Part shown: piece after piece, positions 38,226 through 62,025 of the stretch | Position numbering within the stretch: position 1 is the stretch's first letter | Layout: every line of letters begins with the position of its first letter | Origin: Sminthopsis crassicaudata | Lineage: Eukaryota | NCBI RefSeq assembly: GCF_048593235.1 | Contig: NC_133620.1 | Span: 28,987,772 to 29,051,771 of the forward strand | Direction: 5' to 3' | DNA: 64,000 nt | Made by a program: the position numbers and the translations under genes | The notes under the pieces: generated by a model | Told to the model about the DNA's origin: nothing | The model's input: only the letters and a program-made list of their open reading frames with translations | Databases searched by the model: none

Positions 38226-40779
38226 TAAAATGAAATTAAAAAACCAAACACCTCACCTCTCTTAGCTCAGCCTGAAGTCATCCAGGGAGGGAGGGTACTG
38301 TACAGACTTCTCATTTGGAAACTGAGGAGAAGTGGTGGGGCTGGCCCTCAGTCCCAAAGACAGTAAGTTGCAAGGCTGTCTGAATCCAAAGTCAGATTCT
38401 GTCTGTGTCCTTTCTCATGTAGGGATGCTGATAAATGAGCACTTATTTATATTTATCTCATCGGATCCTCTAGTGTCACCTCTTTGCCCAGCTTTGACTC
38501 TTTACTTTCAATTTTCAATTAAATCTTCAATAATTCACTCTAGACTTCTTTGTTCTCTGTTGCTCCAGGTCATCTCTGGGATATATGTATTAATAGCTAA
38601 TCAAGGATCACAGTGGACTGAATCAAGTCTTTTTTATATCACTCTTGAGTCTGCGCCCACTTTGCTCCTCAACAATCAAGCATTGCCCTGGCACAGAGCC
38701 TGCTACATCTCCTTTCCCTCACCCACTTCCCCTCCTCAGGATTAAGACCACCCTTGGGCCATGAAGTCAATTCAGTAACCCTTCTCCTTGTCTTTTCTCT
38801 TATAAAGTGTGGGTTACTTGATCAAGTCATCAAATCAAGGGGAAATCCTTGAAATAATGAGTCCATTGATGAAAGGTCTTAAATGGTCTTTAATCCATTT
38901 GGAAGAAATGAAAGCCAGTGGATGAAATAAAATAAATCTCCACAAGAAGAGAGGTGGGATTGATTAAGGAGCCTGGTGCCCCCAGGGAGCTCCTCTGAAA
39001 TTCAGACCCACAAGTGGTAGGGCAGCTCAATAGTGGAAGTAGCTCTGGCCAAATTCTCGAAAGGGAATCATATTTGCTCTGTAAGCTTGATCCTGCCCTC
39101 CCCTGGCCTCTGTGATTGCTTGTGGGAAAGTGTAAACTGCTAAGTATACACTGTTAGGTACTTACTGCTCTTTCTGTGTCATCCAAATAAACATATTTCT
39201 CAGAGCTAGTGAGGGCCTACTCATTGCTATCCAGAGATAACACATTGGGGAAGCACACTGGGTGGGCCTCATAAGCTATTAAAAAACCATTCCCCAAGGC
39301 CTCAGATTTACCCCTAGGACACTAAGGGTGGCCAATAGCAGCCACCCTCCAGGATCCTCATCTATTGGGGGGATCTGAACACCACAGATGATTGTTTCTT
39401 CTTGCATTCCAGAGGGTTGAGATGGCATTTTCTCCCCTTTCTCCACCAGAGCCCTTCTCAGATATCATGCCCTCAGTCTCTGGCAGCTTCTGCTTGGTCC
39501 CATTTCCTTGCTGCCCACAAAGGGTCACTTTAACCCCTGGGCCTTCCACCTGGGCTGCTACTGGTCCATCTGTCCTCTCTTTCACATGGTCTCCATCCAC
39601 TGCTTGGATGTCCACTCTTCCACCTCTGGGAACAGGACTGTCCCTGAGCCTGTGCTGAGCACTACAGATACACCCTTTACCCTTGAGGAGCTTTCAATCA
39701 ACTGGGGAAGACCACACAAAAATAAGTATGTGTAGAATAAGCTTTTAAGTGACCATTACCTTGTGCTAGCACTTTACAAATGTTTGGAAAGGGAGGATAT
39801 AGGAGGAAAGCTGAGGGGTTCGGTCTGGGACATGCTGAGTTCAGGACGGCTCCAGAAGTCGTCCAACTGGCCACGTAAGACTGGCCCTAGGAAGAGATGT
39901 AGGCTCTTTTGCGTAGAGATGATCATTGAACCCAAGGTAGCCGATGAGATCCCTAAGGAGGTGATAGTGAGGAAGAAGTCGGGCTGCCGGGGACGCTGGC
40001 CAACGTAACCTGGAAGGAGCGCAGGAGGCTCCGAGAGGTGGGGGAGAAGCAGGGCAGAGCGGGGTCTCCCAAACTAAGCGTATCTGGATTTCTTTGGCAA
40101 TGTCCCTTCATTCACAGAGGAAGAAGTCTGGGCCTTGTGCTTGGTCCCCGAGAAGATAAATGGGAGAGAGGGATGGAGGGTCATCCGTCACCTTGGAGAG
40201 TGTTCTGAGTGGAGGGATGGCGTCTGAAGCCAGACGGCAAAAGGTGGAGGAAGACTGGTGAGGGAAGAGGAAGTGGCCGGTGCTCCTCAGATCTTTGCTT
40301 GAAAAAGGGAGAGCAGTCTGGGACACAGCTGGGGGGCAAGGGTGGCTAGGGCCTAAGGAAGGGGACCTGTACCTTCTGGCTCCCCAGCTCAGAGAACAGT
40401 GTTCCAGGGTAACTCTGAGTGGGCTGCGTCTCTTTTTGCTTCAAGCCCCCCGAGTGGTATTCCCCTCCATTTGTTGGGAGCCTGCGAGGAGCACCCCAGT
40501 CCTGCCGGACAACAATATCATTTAGGAAAACCTACAGCAAAAACAAACGGGCAGCCCCCCCTCAGCCCCCCAGGGGCGCTTCCTTGAGGCAAGGGTGAGT
40601 ACCAGAGGGGATCACGTGTGACTGAAGAAGATGGGAAAGGATGGAATCGAGGGGGGGGATTGGCCGGGACAAGGAGAAGGAGGAGCACTCTTTGTTGGGG
40701 GGATTGCAGGAAGTTTGGGGGGAGGACAGAAGTGGGAACTAAGTGTGTGGCTTCTAGTTTCTTTTTCTTTTTTTTTTTT

Positions 40780-41100
40780 TAAATTAAAGCTTTTTATTTA
40801 CAAACCATAAGCATGGGATCATTTTCCAACATTGACTCTCGCAAAACCTTCTGTCCCAACTTTCCCCCTCCTTCCCCCACCCCCTCCCCCCATGGCAGGC
40901 AGTCCCATACAAGTTAACTATGTTAAAGTATATGTTAAATACGACGTACGTGCACACATTTATAGTTACCTTGCTGCGCAAGAAAAATCAGATCTACAAA
41001 GAAACAAACCCAAGGAGGAAAACAAAAATGCCCGCGGAGATGCCAGAGCGCGAGGACGCTGTTCGGGTCCACACTCGGTTCCGCGGTTCTCTCCGGCACA
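40780..41100 (-). mobile_element. L1 3'-end fragment abutting the HECTD3 CpG island
   Basis: TTAAAGCTTTTTATTTACAAACCATAAGCATGGG..CAACATTGAC..GCAAAACCTTCTG is homologous to the copies at 9204 and 37715. Confidence 0.7.
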
Positions 41101-42079
41101 AGACACTGGCGCGGCTCGGAATCCCGGTGGGAGAGCCGCGAGGGTCGGAGCGGATCTTTGAGGGTCTTAGTGAAACGGGAGTTTCCTTCGGAGAGAGGAG
41201 AGAACAGCTCCGGGCGGCCTCCGCGGGAGGCCGGAGCACCCCTCGCTGCGGGGAGGGCCGGTGGAAGCAGGACGCCGCCCTCTGCTCCGCCGGCTCCGGG
41301 AGCAGGAGCTCGGGGTCCGCGGGAGGCAGTCGTGCTGGAGAGGGCGGGAGGCCCGGGGGGAGCCCTGGGCCCCAAAGCTCTTCGGGCAGGGAGCGGCCCT
41401 CCTTTGCGGCCCGCCCCCGCCCCGCACACAGTAGGCACTTAAAGACCAGAGTTCTGCGCGGCAGGACGTGAGGAGTGGAAGCGGGGGAAGTCTCAGGGAG
41501 ATGAGCGGGGCTGAAGCCGCTCAGAGCCCGATACACGCGGAGGGCTGACGAGGAGCTCCCGGGGCAGGAACGGGGGCCGCGCTGAGGCCCTGGTGATGGG
41601 GGGCGGGGGGGACTTAAGGAGGCTGCGGGGGGGGGGGCCGAGGCCGGGGGAGGGGGGTCCCGGGACAGCGCCCGGATCTATGTGAAGGGGGAGATCAGAG
41701 TGGAGGACGAGGGGCTGCTGGGTGATGAGAGAGGAATAGGAGACAAAGGGGTTCGGCGGGGGGGTGTCCCAGGACGGGCTCCCCGGCAGAGCCCCGACTT
41801 GTGGGGGCGGGGCCGCTTCTCCAGCTGCACAGCGTCCCGCCCACGAGGGGCGGAGGGACGGAGGAGCCGGGTTCAAGAGCGCTCGCGGCCAGGGGGCGGG
41901 GCCCGCTTTGGAGGCTGCGGGACTACGCGGGGCAATACGGCCGCGCCGCGGAACTAGGCGGGTCATTACGGGCTGGCCTCCGAGGTCGCCGGCTCTGCGC
42001 TGCTGCGGGCGCCCGTCAGAGGTTCGAGTCCCGCCTCCGCGCTCTTGCCCCGGCCGGCTCCCCCTCCCCGCGCCGGGCC
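41100..42079 (+). promoter_or_regulatory. HECTD3 CpG-island promoter
   Basis: CpG-dense region with GC boxes (GGGGCGGGG near 41806 and 41892) directly upstream of the HECTD3 ATG, divergent from UROD. Confidence 0.65.
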
Positions 42080-53252
<11,173 letters not shown>

Positions 53253-53421
53253 GCGCCCCGGCTTGGCAGAGCCCCCGGCAGCGTGGCACGGGGCTCTGGC
53301 CTTCGGAGTGCCTCAGGACAGCAGTGAGTGCCTTCTCTATCGTGCCTCCGCCGGGGCCGATGCCCTCCCCGTCCTTCTGAGGCTGGGCCGCTCCAGGGGC
53401 GCTGGGAGGCGGCTCCCACCC

Positions 53422-53427
53422 AATAAA
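53422..53427 (+). terminator. HECTD3 polyadenylation signal
   Basis: AATAAA 170 nt after the stop; a second AATAAA lies at about 53493. Confidence 0.65.
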
Positions 53428-53889
53428 CCCCTTCATCCCTCTCTTGGGTCAGCTGTGGTTTCTTGGAGTCGTGTTAAAAACAAATGAAACAAAAATAAAC
53501 TTATGGACCCGAGTTAAGAACCCTGCCTTAAGAGACTGTCCACTTGGGGCTTTCGGATTCTTTCCTGAGAGCAGAGATTGGGGAGAGTTGTTCTCACAGC
53601 CGGGTCATCCTCCCTTTGTCCAAAGGACACTAGAAAAGAGAGGGCCTTGGCCATACCTCAGAGGTGTGAGGGGGGTGGCTAACCTTGCTCTGGATAAGCT
53701 CCAGATTTTCCACGTCCTTCCTAAATGCAGCCCCCGGATCTGAGCAGACCCCAGCTGGGTATGGTCCAACTAAGGTTGGGGAAGGCAGGAATGATCACTT
53801 CTTCCCCTGTTTCTTGGAGCTTGGCTTCTTATCACAGGCTTTTTTTTGGCCATCCCATCATGCTGCTCGTCAGGAGCTTGTGTTGAGCC

Positions 53890-54360
53890 ACTAAACACCC
53901 CCCCCCTATCTTTTCCCCCATAAACTGCCGTCTCACTACACCTCCCTGATCCTATGCTCGTAACGCTGATTGTTCGGGCCCAAGTGTAAAACTTTACATT
54001 TATTCCTGCTGCGTTTAGTCTCTTAAGGCTTTCATATCACATTTTTTGGGGTCTTCTCCCATTCGATTATATATTCCTAAAGGGCAGGAACTCACTGTTT
54101 AATATGATGGGGATCTTTACCTTATATGAGGCTGATAGATCATATCCCCAGGGACGGGCTCTCCCATTTACAGCCTCAGTCCTTGGGGGAAAGGGGGGTT
54201 TACAACAAAAGCCAGAAAATGCTCCAATTAGAGCACTTGGGTTCAGGTCTGGGCTTGACCATTTACTACCAGATCACCTTTCTAGACCTCAGTTATATAA
54301 TGAAAGGGTCGCAACTACATGACTTTCAACATCTCTTTTCAACTCTAAATCTATGATCTC
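53890..54360. mobile_element. CR1/L3 and MIR3-like remnants
   Basis: CCCAAGTGTAAAACTTTACATTTATTCCTG (L3-like, minus) and tail TTCAACTCTAAATCTATGATC. Confidence 0.45.
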
Positions 54361-54779
54361 CCTGACCTCCTGCCTTTGGGGAGAGGCTGAAGGGAGATAG
54401 CTCCTTGTGGGAGTCAACCTTTTCTCATCCATTTTTACTGTGGTCAATAAATGGTGGCCATCATATGTTGACTGAGTTCCGTGACTAAAGGGGTTGTGAC
54501 TTACAAAGACAAGGTTCTAGGTGTAGGATAGGGATATCAGAGCAATTTTCCACAGCCCCTGGTGATTTCTTAACCTGTTACCTTTCTTGAAGTTTTTTCA
54601 GCAGTGATTTCATTCCCTCGGACTCTGTTCGGGGTCTTAGTTAAATGAGGTTTTCAAGGGAAACTAACTGGGAGAGCTCAAGCAGCTTCTTGATTTTACT
54701 CCGCTGCTCCCATTACAGTGCTTGGAGCTTTGTTCTGTAGATTGGAATAAACGAGATAGTTGGAGGCTGAGCATCCTCT

Positions 54780-55010
54780 CGTGGCCAAAGGAGATCTCTC
54801 ATGTGTCCTAGTCTTTGGGACCTCTTTTAGGGTTTTCTCTACAATTACTGGAGTGGCTTGCCATTTCCTTCTCCAGTTCCTTTCACAGCTGAGGAAACTG
54901 AGGCAAATGGGTGAGTGACTTTCTAGGGCTCACCTGACCTGAGATGGCTGTTAACTTAGGACTTCCTGATTACGTGCCCTCTGCACTGTGCTATCTAGCA
55001 GCATAGCCGA
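54780..55010 (-). mobile_element. MAR1/MIR-type SINE
   Basis: GGAGTGGCTTGCCATTTCCTTCTCCAG..GAGGAAACTGAGGCAAA..GTGACTT..CACTGTGC. Confidence 0.65.
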
Positions 55011-57083
55011 GGGGACACTGTGGCACTTTGGAATTTAATTCCACTCAGGCAACAGCAAAGGTATGTGGTGATTAACTTCGCTGGTGGCTCAAGGAGAGCT
55101 CTGGGACCTGCTAGACAGCTGTTTGCTGGATGATTAATGCAGTGACATGCTTCCATCGTATAGATGTAAGGAAGGCTGTCACGGAGCCAGTTTGTATTGT
55201 CTACACTAGTGTCACTGTAGCGTCTCAGTGTCACATGAGAGACACAAAAGATATCATGAGGTTTGTAGACAGTAAGTCATCAAAAACAGTTTATGCCCTT
55301 GAGCCAAGTGCTGACCAGCTCTCAGCCCCATGTTCCTCTCCGCCACCCCCACAGTAGAATGCGAGTTTGAGGGCAGGATCCATGGCTTTGCTCTTTTTTT
55401 GTATCTAGCCAGTAAGAGCTTAACAGATGCTTGTTGTCTGCCCGCCCGCCTGATTAGTTGTCCTCCAGCATCTGGTTTGACTTACAGGTTGGCTCACACT
55501 ACGACTTCCAGCCTGGCTGACACATGCAGCAGACACACAGCTGGGAAAAGTCCCTGAGTTCATGAGCTTGCTCCATTCAGGACAGTTTTGCCATTCTGAT
55601 GACAGCAGGGGAAACCACCAACATCAGATGCACATGTGTTTACAGATCATTCCGCACCCTGTTAAAGAAGGCATTTTCCTTTAATTCTCTTGGAAACATT
55701 AAGCAAATACCAGGAAACTATGTCAAAGCTTGGGATAACCCCATTAGGCCATTCCTGGGCTGGGGAACAAAATTAACGAAACACCCATGTTTGAGGGCTG
55801 AATTTTGGTTGATAAATTGGGCTCGCTGTCATCTCCCCCTTTTATCTTTGATCCAACAATTTGAAAGCAATGATTCCTTTCCCAGTGGCTAGTCCTCAAC
55901 CAACAAGTGGTTAGGGGGCAAGGATCCTGCAGTGAGACGATGGGGTAGGCTCAAGCAAACAGCCAAGGACCTTAGGTCTGTGAGAACTTTCTGGCTTCCC
56001 ACGGAATCCCCTTCCCAGCATCCTGTGGGAATAAGGAATGGGAAATAATCGTGTAAGCAGAAACCTATGGAGTCATTTCATTAATTGCCTGGAATAGCTA
56101 ATGGTTTTCATAGTCATGTTGGCAGAAGACTGGAACAGAGGCCAGGCTCAGCGTTGGTCTCATCTGCAGGGCCAGCCAGGTGTACACGCAGCTAGGGACC
56201 CTTTGGGGGGACATTGACACCACAATTTTGGGGTTTGTAATGTTGAAAATCAAAGCACAGAATCATGGAGAAAATTCCCCAAACTGGACTCCTATTATTT
56301 CTTAAACATATATAATATTTCTTAGGCAGGAGTGCTAAAGAGTTGGGCTTGAGTCTACCCTCCCTAGCACCAAAAGCTTGATTGAGCTGGGCCTCCTGTT
56401 TTCCTCCCTGTTCTCTGCTGTCATTTTTTTCTTTCTTTGATTTTTTTTTTTTTTTTTTTTTTTGTCAACTCTCCTCCCTTGCTTAAAAATCCCTCACATA
56501 ACATAAAGAACCAACAAAAAAGTAGAGCACACCAGGATTTGTTGGGTGGGAAGTTTACTAACCACCAAACGTCATTTTCACATCATCTTATTTTAAGATT
56601 ATGAAATAAGAATCACATCTAATATGACTCAAGATTAAGAAATAAAAGCGCCTGAGGACTTGTAGAAAAAAAATTGAAGCCTCAATATTTAATACCAGGA
56701 ACAATTTATTTAAGAAGAAAATCCAGGGATGCTAGACAAAAGAGAATCTCCAGATAATATGAAATTACTATTTCTTTACAAAAAAAGGAAACAGCTATTT
56801 CCCAGTATAGAAATATTCCAAATCTGCTATTTGTGTACAATCAGACTAGCCACTTGTTAACACCAATCTAGAAGAATAAAAAGATACAACGTGCTCCAAA
56901 ACAGCCCCAACCTGACCTGTTTGAATAAACATTGAAAAATGAGAAAGAAATAAAGGAACAGAAATTGACATAGACAATCGGTGTTTCCTAAGGAAGTTTA
57001 ATTGATTTATTTAAATCAATTTTCACAATTAAGAGGCTCAATGATTTGCCTCAGGAAATAAACATTTGATCTTGTCCGTCTAC

Positions 57084-57312
57084 AGGGGGCAGCTCAGTGG
57101 CACAGTAGACAGAGCAATGATACCGAACTTAGGAAAAGCTGCGTTCAAATTTGATCTCAGACACTTACTAGCTATTACCTCGGGCAAATCACTTCATCCA
57201 GTTTGCCTCAATTTCCTTATCTGTAAAATGAGCTGGAGAAGGAAATGTCAAGTCTCTCCAGCATCTTTACCAAGAACACCCCAAATGAGATCTGAATAAG
57301 ACACAACTGAAG
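57084..57312 (+). mobile_element. Near full-length MAR1-type CORE-SINE
   Basis: GGGGCAGCTCAGTGGCACAGTAGACAGAGCA (A box), GTTCAAAT (B box), core, then GGAGAAGGAAATG..CCAAGAACACCCCAAATG..ACACAACTGAA. Confidence 0.8.
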
Positions 57313-57659
57313 AAAAATGGCAGAACACACTTTTCTTTCTTTTTTTTAATAATTATTTTTAATAATTTTGATTTACCAGATATATGCATGGGTAATTTTA
57401 CAACATTGACAATTGCCAAACCTTTTGCAGAACGCACTTTCCAAGAAAATCTGGCATACAAGGATAAAGGGATTAGAATAAAAGCACATTTCTATAATCT
57501 AACAGGAAAATAGATTGTGAATCTCATCACCTAACAAAATAGTGAGAAGAGATGGAGGGGAAACAAATGAGTTTTCAGCAAGCTTAGGAAGTGACCCAGT
57601 GGGACCAGACTTAAGAACTTTTGAAAACTAGAGAAGACCCGTCTATGTTACTATAAGAA

Positions 57660-58020
57660 GCTTCTCTTTGCCAGAGATTGGGGAGCTACCGCGTTCGGAC
57701 TCTGACAGTCCTTGGGGTGCCTCCTACACAAAGAAGCAGAAGGAGCGCCATCAGACGGATTCTCTAGAGAAATTACCGAAGAAAACGATGGATAAATACC
57801 AGCCATTTATATTGGCCCTTTTTGTGGTGGCGAAAAGCTGGAATCTGAGGGGCTGCCTGTCAATTAGGGATAGAGGAAAAAGTTACGGGATGTGAACGGG
57901 ATAGAGCGTGGCTTTGCCAGGAGAGACAGTGAAGGGGTGGGTCTCAGAGAAGCCTCGAAGGACCTGTATAAATGGCGCCAGAGGGAAGGGAGCAGAAGCG
58001 GAGGATTTATTTGCTAATGA
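57660..58020 (+). mobile_element. Old L1 ORF2 C-terminal fragment
   Basis: FILALFVVAKSWNLRGCLSI resembles [20 protein letters not shown] of the young L1. Confidence 0.6.
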
Positions 58021-58899
58021 CATTTGAGGAAAAACTACTTTGAAGGACTTCAGAGCCGGCCCCCCTGCCCATCACAGCTCCAGAGGTCGGAAGGTGAAGT
58101 CCTGACCGAGGGGATGGATCCTAGGCAGAACTGGGGCAGGTCCTGCGGAGCTCTGCGCGGGCGGAGGGCGAGAGGGTGGACGAGGTGGCGCGGGGCTCCG
58201 CACTGGCCCCATGGAGAATGAATGAGCAGGGACGGAGATGGCTTCTAGTTGCTAGGAGACCTCAGCCTGGGGAGATGCCGGCCCGACATTTAGGGCCCTC
58301 TGGTGGGCAGTGGGAGGACCGGAGCACGTGGGGAAGCCCAGACCAGGAGCTGGATGTACAGGAGGGCCCACTTGGCTGGAGGATTGAACGTGTTGCCCCC
58401 TGGTGGATAAATTGGTCAATTCCTGGTAAAGTGACGTCTGGCACTTGCGTGTAGCCTCGCTTACACTAGGGCAGTGCCCCGAGGGTCCCGGGGACAGTGC
58501 CCACCCAACGTGTCACACTTGTGCTTGCACAATATGTGCTTGCCTTAGGGGGCTGCGGCTTGTTGGAGACAGTGCGAAGGGGGGCGCTCTGGGAGCCAGG
58601 GACAGGACGGAGCAAAGGTTTGGAAGGTCCTGGAGTCCAGTGCCAGCACAAAGTGGGTGCTCGGGGGAGGCCGGAGGGCAAGAAGGGAGAAGGGGGGGGA
58701 GGGGGAAGAAATCCACCTCTGGCTGCTCCTCTCCCTCCTCCTTCCATCACTTCCACCTCCTCCTCCTTTCCCTCCTCTTCCTCCTTTCCCTCCTCCTCCC
58801 CTCCTCCTCCCCCCGGAACGGGCCAGCCTGAAACCCGCCCCCTCCCTGGGGTTTCCTCTGGACCATCCACAGCTCGGCAGCTGCCCCTGCAGTAATGAG

Positions 58900-59600
58900 C
58901 CCCATGACAGCAACCTGGGATGGGGCGAGGGGCAGGCGGCCGGATGGGGGCGACGGAGCCCTGGGGAAGTCGTGAGCTCCCCGGGCCAGGAGAGCGCGGA
59001 GGACGGGTCCGCACAGCCGCCTTCCCCGCTGTCCCGCAGGCTGCCCTCCCCAGTCTCCTCCGGCCTCCGTTTCGTCCCTAGCCTCCGAGCTCGGAGAATC
59101 CTTTGCTCGGCGCTCGTTTAGTTCTGCTCGGTCCTGGATCTTGGCTCCGCCCCGGCCGATTGATATGCGCGGACATCTCTGCGCAAGCGCAGAAACCGCG
59201 TGGCCGCCATTGGGCTGTCAGTCTGGCATGCGACTGAGCACTGAAGCCGAGGTAGGACTTGGGCGAGCGAGGGGGCGGTGTGTATGGGAGAGCCCGGCGT
59301 CTGTGCTCCGGAGGGAGGGTCCGTCCGTAGGGGTCTCTGACGTGGGGGAGGGTCCGTGTGTGGGAGCCCCAGGGTCTCAGACGGGGTCCGCTGTAAGGAG
59401 GCTCGGGTCTCTGGGGGACGCGGGGTGTAACATCTGTGCGGTGAGTGAGAGGCTTTGGCGGTCGCAGCTCCCGAGCTTCGGGCCTGGCTGGGCTCTGAGT
59501 GCCCGCCCGGCCCCCGTGTGGCGCTGAGGCGGATGAGACAGCCAGGGGGCGGCCACCGGCCTTGCAGAGAAGCGGGCGCTGAGAGAGTCGTCAGGAAACC
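58900..59600 (+). promoter_or_regulatory. CpG-island promoter and non-coding first exon, by synteny EIF2B3
   Basis: CpG island with GC box, ATTGG, NRF1-like TGCGCAAGCGCA (59180-59191) and a donor GAG|GTAGGA at 59251/59252. No coding exon is in the window; identity rests on EIF2B3 following HECTD3 in this orientation in human. Confidence 0.55.
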
Positions 59601-60555
59601 CCCCCTCGGGCAAAGGGCTTCTTGTCTGCTTAAGGCTTAAACCGCGCGGTGAGACCCCGTCTCGTGGGGCTTCTGTTAGCGGAGTTAACTTTGGGGCAAA
59701 ACCTAAAACTGAGAGGGATCCGAAGTGGCGTTTAGCCGAGATCTGAGGGAAGCCAGGGGCGGAGATGAGGGGGGAGGGGCGCCAGGGAAAATGGAGCATC
59801 TTGTGGGAGAAACAGCCGGGGGCCGGTGGTGCCACAGGGGAGGGAGGGGTGATGCAGGTGTAAGAACTGGGGGGATGGGCAGACTGTGAGGGGCTTGAAA
59901 AGCCAAACGGGACTTTGTTATCTGAGCTTGGAGGTGCCGGGGAAGATGCGCATGCTAGTGGGACACACTTAGACTTGTGCCTTGGAAAGATGCCCTGGAA
60001 ATGTGGCAGGGAAACCCCCCGGACCATTGCGGAGCAGGAGCCTGTGATGTTCTTCTCTAAAGTGTCATCTTCTCCGGGAGCAGGGGTCTTGGGGGCTTCT
60101 GGGAGAAATGCAGCCGGGAGTTAAGTCCAGGTCCTTTATCGTCTCCTTCTTGGGGCCGGGTTAGCTTTCTTAGAGGCCCCTCTGTCTCCTGAAACTAGCC
60201 ACAAACCAAGCTTCAGAAAACAAACAAAAGCCAATTGGACTGAAGGCCGGCAAGAATCACTGGAAGAGTTAAAGAAATAGATGAGTGATAGATAAAAACC
60301 GGGAAAAGAAGTGAGAGTGAAGTGAGAAAAGTATGAAGGTGAAGAGGCACACACACAAATGCTATGGGCAAAAATACTTTTAAAAACAGAACTGGCCCAA
60401 AAACTCACTGAAGAAAAGAACTCCTTTAAAAGCAGAATGGGCCAAATCGAAAAAGAGATACAGACTCATTGAGAGAAATCATTTCTTAAAAATTAGAATT
60501 GGGCAAAAGGAAGCTAATGGGTCCCAAGACTTCAGGAAACAAAACAAAATTAAAA

Positions 60556-60557
<2 letters not shown>

Positions 60558-60635
<78 letters not shown>

Positions 60636-60642
60636 TTATATA
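60558..60642. repeat. (TA)n microsatellite, about 35 pure units plus degenerate end
   Basis: Pure AT run 60558-60627. Confidence 0.95.
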
Positions 60643-62025
60643 GTAAAATGCTTCATTGGAAAAATGGTGGGGAAGAGATCAAAGAGATAAGATTGTTGAA
60701 CAACTCAAAAACCATGATTAAAAAAAAAAAAGCTAGACAGCATATTTCAAAAAATTATCAAGGAAAACTGCCTTGATTTCTTAAATCCAGAGAATAAAAT
60801 AGAAATTGAAAGAATCCAATAATCATTCCTAATTCTAGAGTTTCCATGTCAAGGAGAAAATTTTGCAAGCAGCCAGAAAGAACAATTCAAGTATTGTGGA
60901 GCCACAGTTGGGAATGAGACAAAATTTAACAGCTTCCATGTTAGAAGAACAGAGGGCTTAGAATATATCCCAGAAGGCAAAGGACCCAGCATTACAAGTA
61001 AGAATACTACCCAGGAAAACTGAAAACTGAAAAACCCATCTTTGGATGGGTGAGGGGTGGGGAAAGAACATTTTTTTGACCTAGAGAACTTCTAAGCATT
61101 TCTGATGAAAAGCCCCAAGCTGAATGGAAAATTCGATATTCAAGCAGAAGACTCAAGAAAAGCATAAAAAGGTTAACATGGAAGAATAACCATAAATTGT
61201 TATATCATGGGAAGATGTGTAACTCCTAAGACTCTTATTATTAGAGCAGTTTGATAGTCTATAGAAATCAAGGACATGGTTGTTAATTAATTGTGTTGGG
61301 ATGATCTCCCCCAAAAATTCAGGAATAAGACAAAGGGTTGCCTTGGGGAAAAGAGCAAGGGAAAGATAGAATACGGACATTTTTCTCACATAAAAGAGGC
61401 TTGCAAGGAAGAGCTTTTATAGCTGTGGGCTGGTGTGGGAGCAGTGCTTGAATCTTACTCATCAGAATTAGTTCAAAGAGGGAAGCAAATGTATGCACAC
61501 TCAGACATCTATCTTAGCTAATAGGGAAATAAGAGGAGAAGGGAAATAAGGGGTGAGGAGATGATAAAAAAGGAAGAATAGATTAAGGGAGGCAGCCAGA
61601 AGCAAAACAGACTTTTGAAGAAGGAAAGAATAAAAAGATAGAGAAGGATAAATAGAAGAAAATAGAATGGGGGGAAATGTACAGTAATCATAATCATGAA
61701 TGTGAATGGAATGAGCCAACCCATAAACTGGAAGCAAATACAAGAATGGATTAATAAACTAAATCCAATGATATGTTGTGTACAAGAGACACACTTGAAA
61801 CAGAAAGTCACAGGTAGAGTTAAAATAAAGGGTTGTAATAGAATTTAATATGCTTCAGCTGAAGTAAAAAAGCAGGGATAGTAATCATGACCTCAGACAA
61901 ATCAAAATAAAAACAGACCTAATTAAAAGACCTAATCAGGGAAACTACATTTTTCTAGAAAGTACTATAGACAGTGAAATAATATTAAACATTTTCACAG
62001 TAAATTTCATTAAGGCCTCATTTCT

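Noticed and set aside
60499-60690. ORF with (YI)n repeat
   Set aside because: It is a translation of the (TA)n microsatellite.
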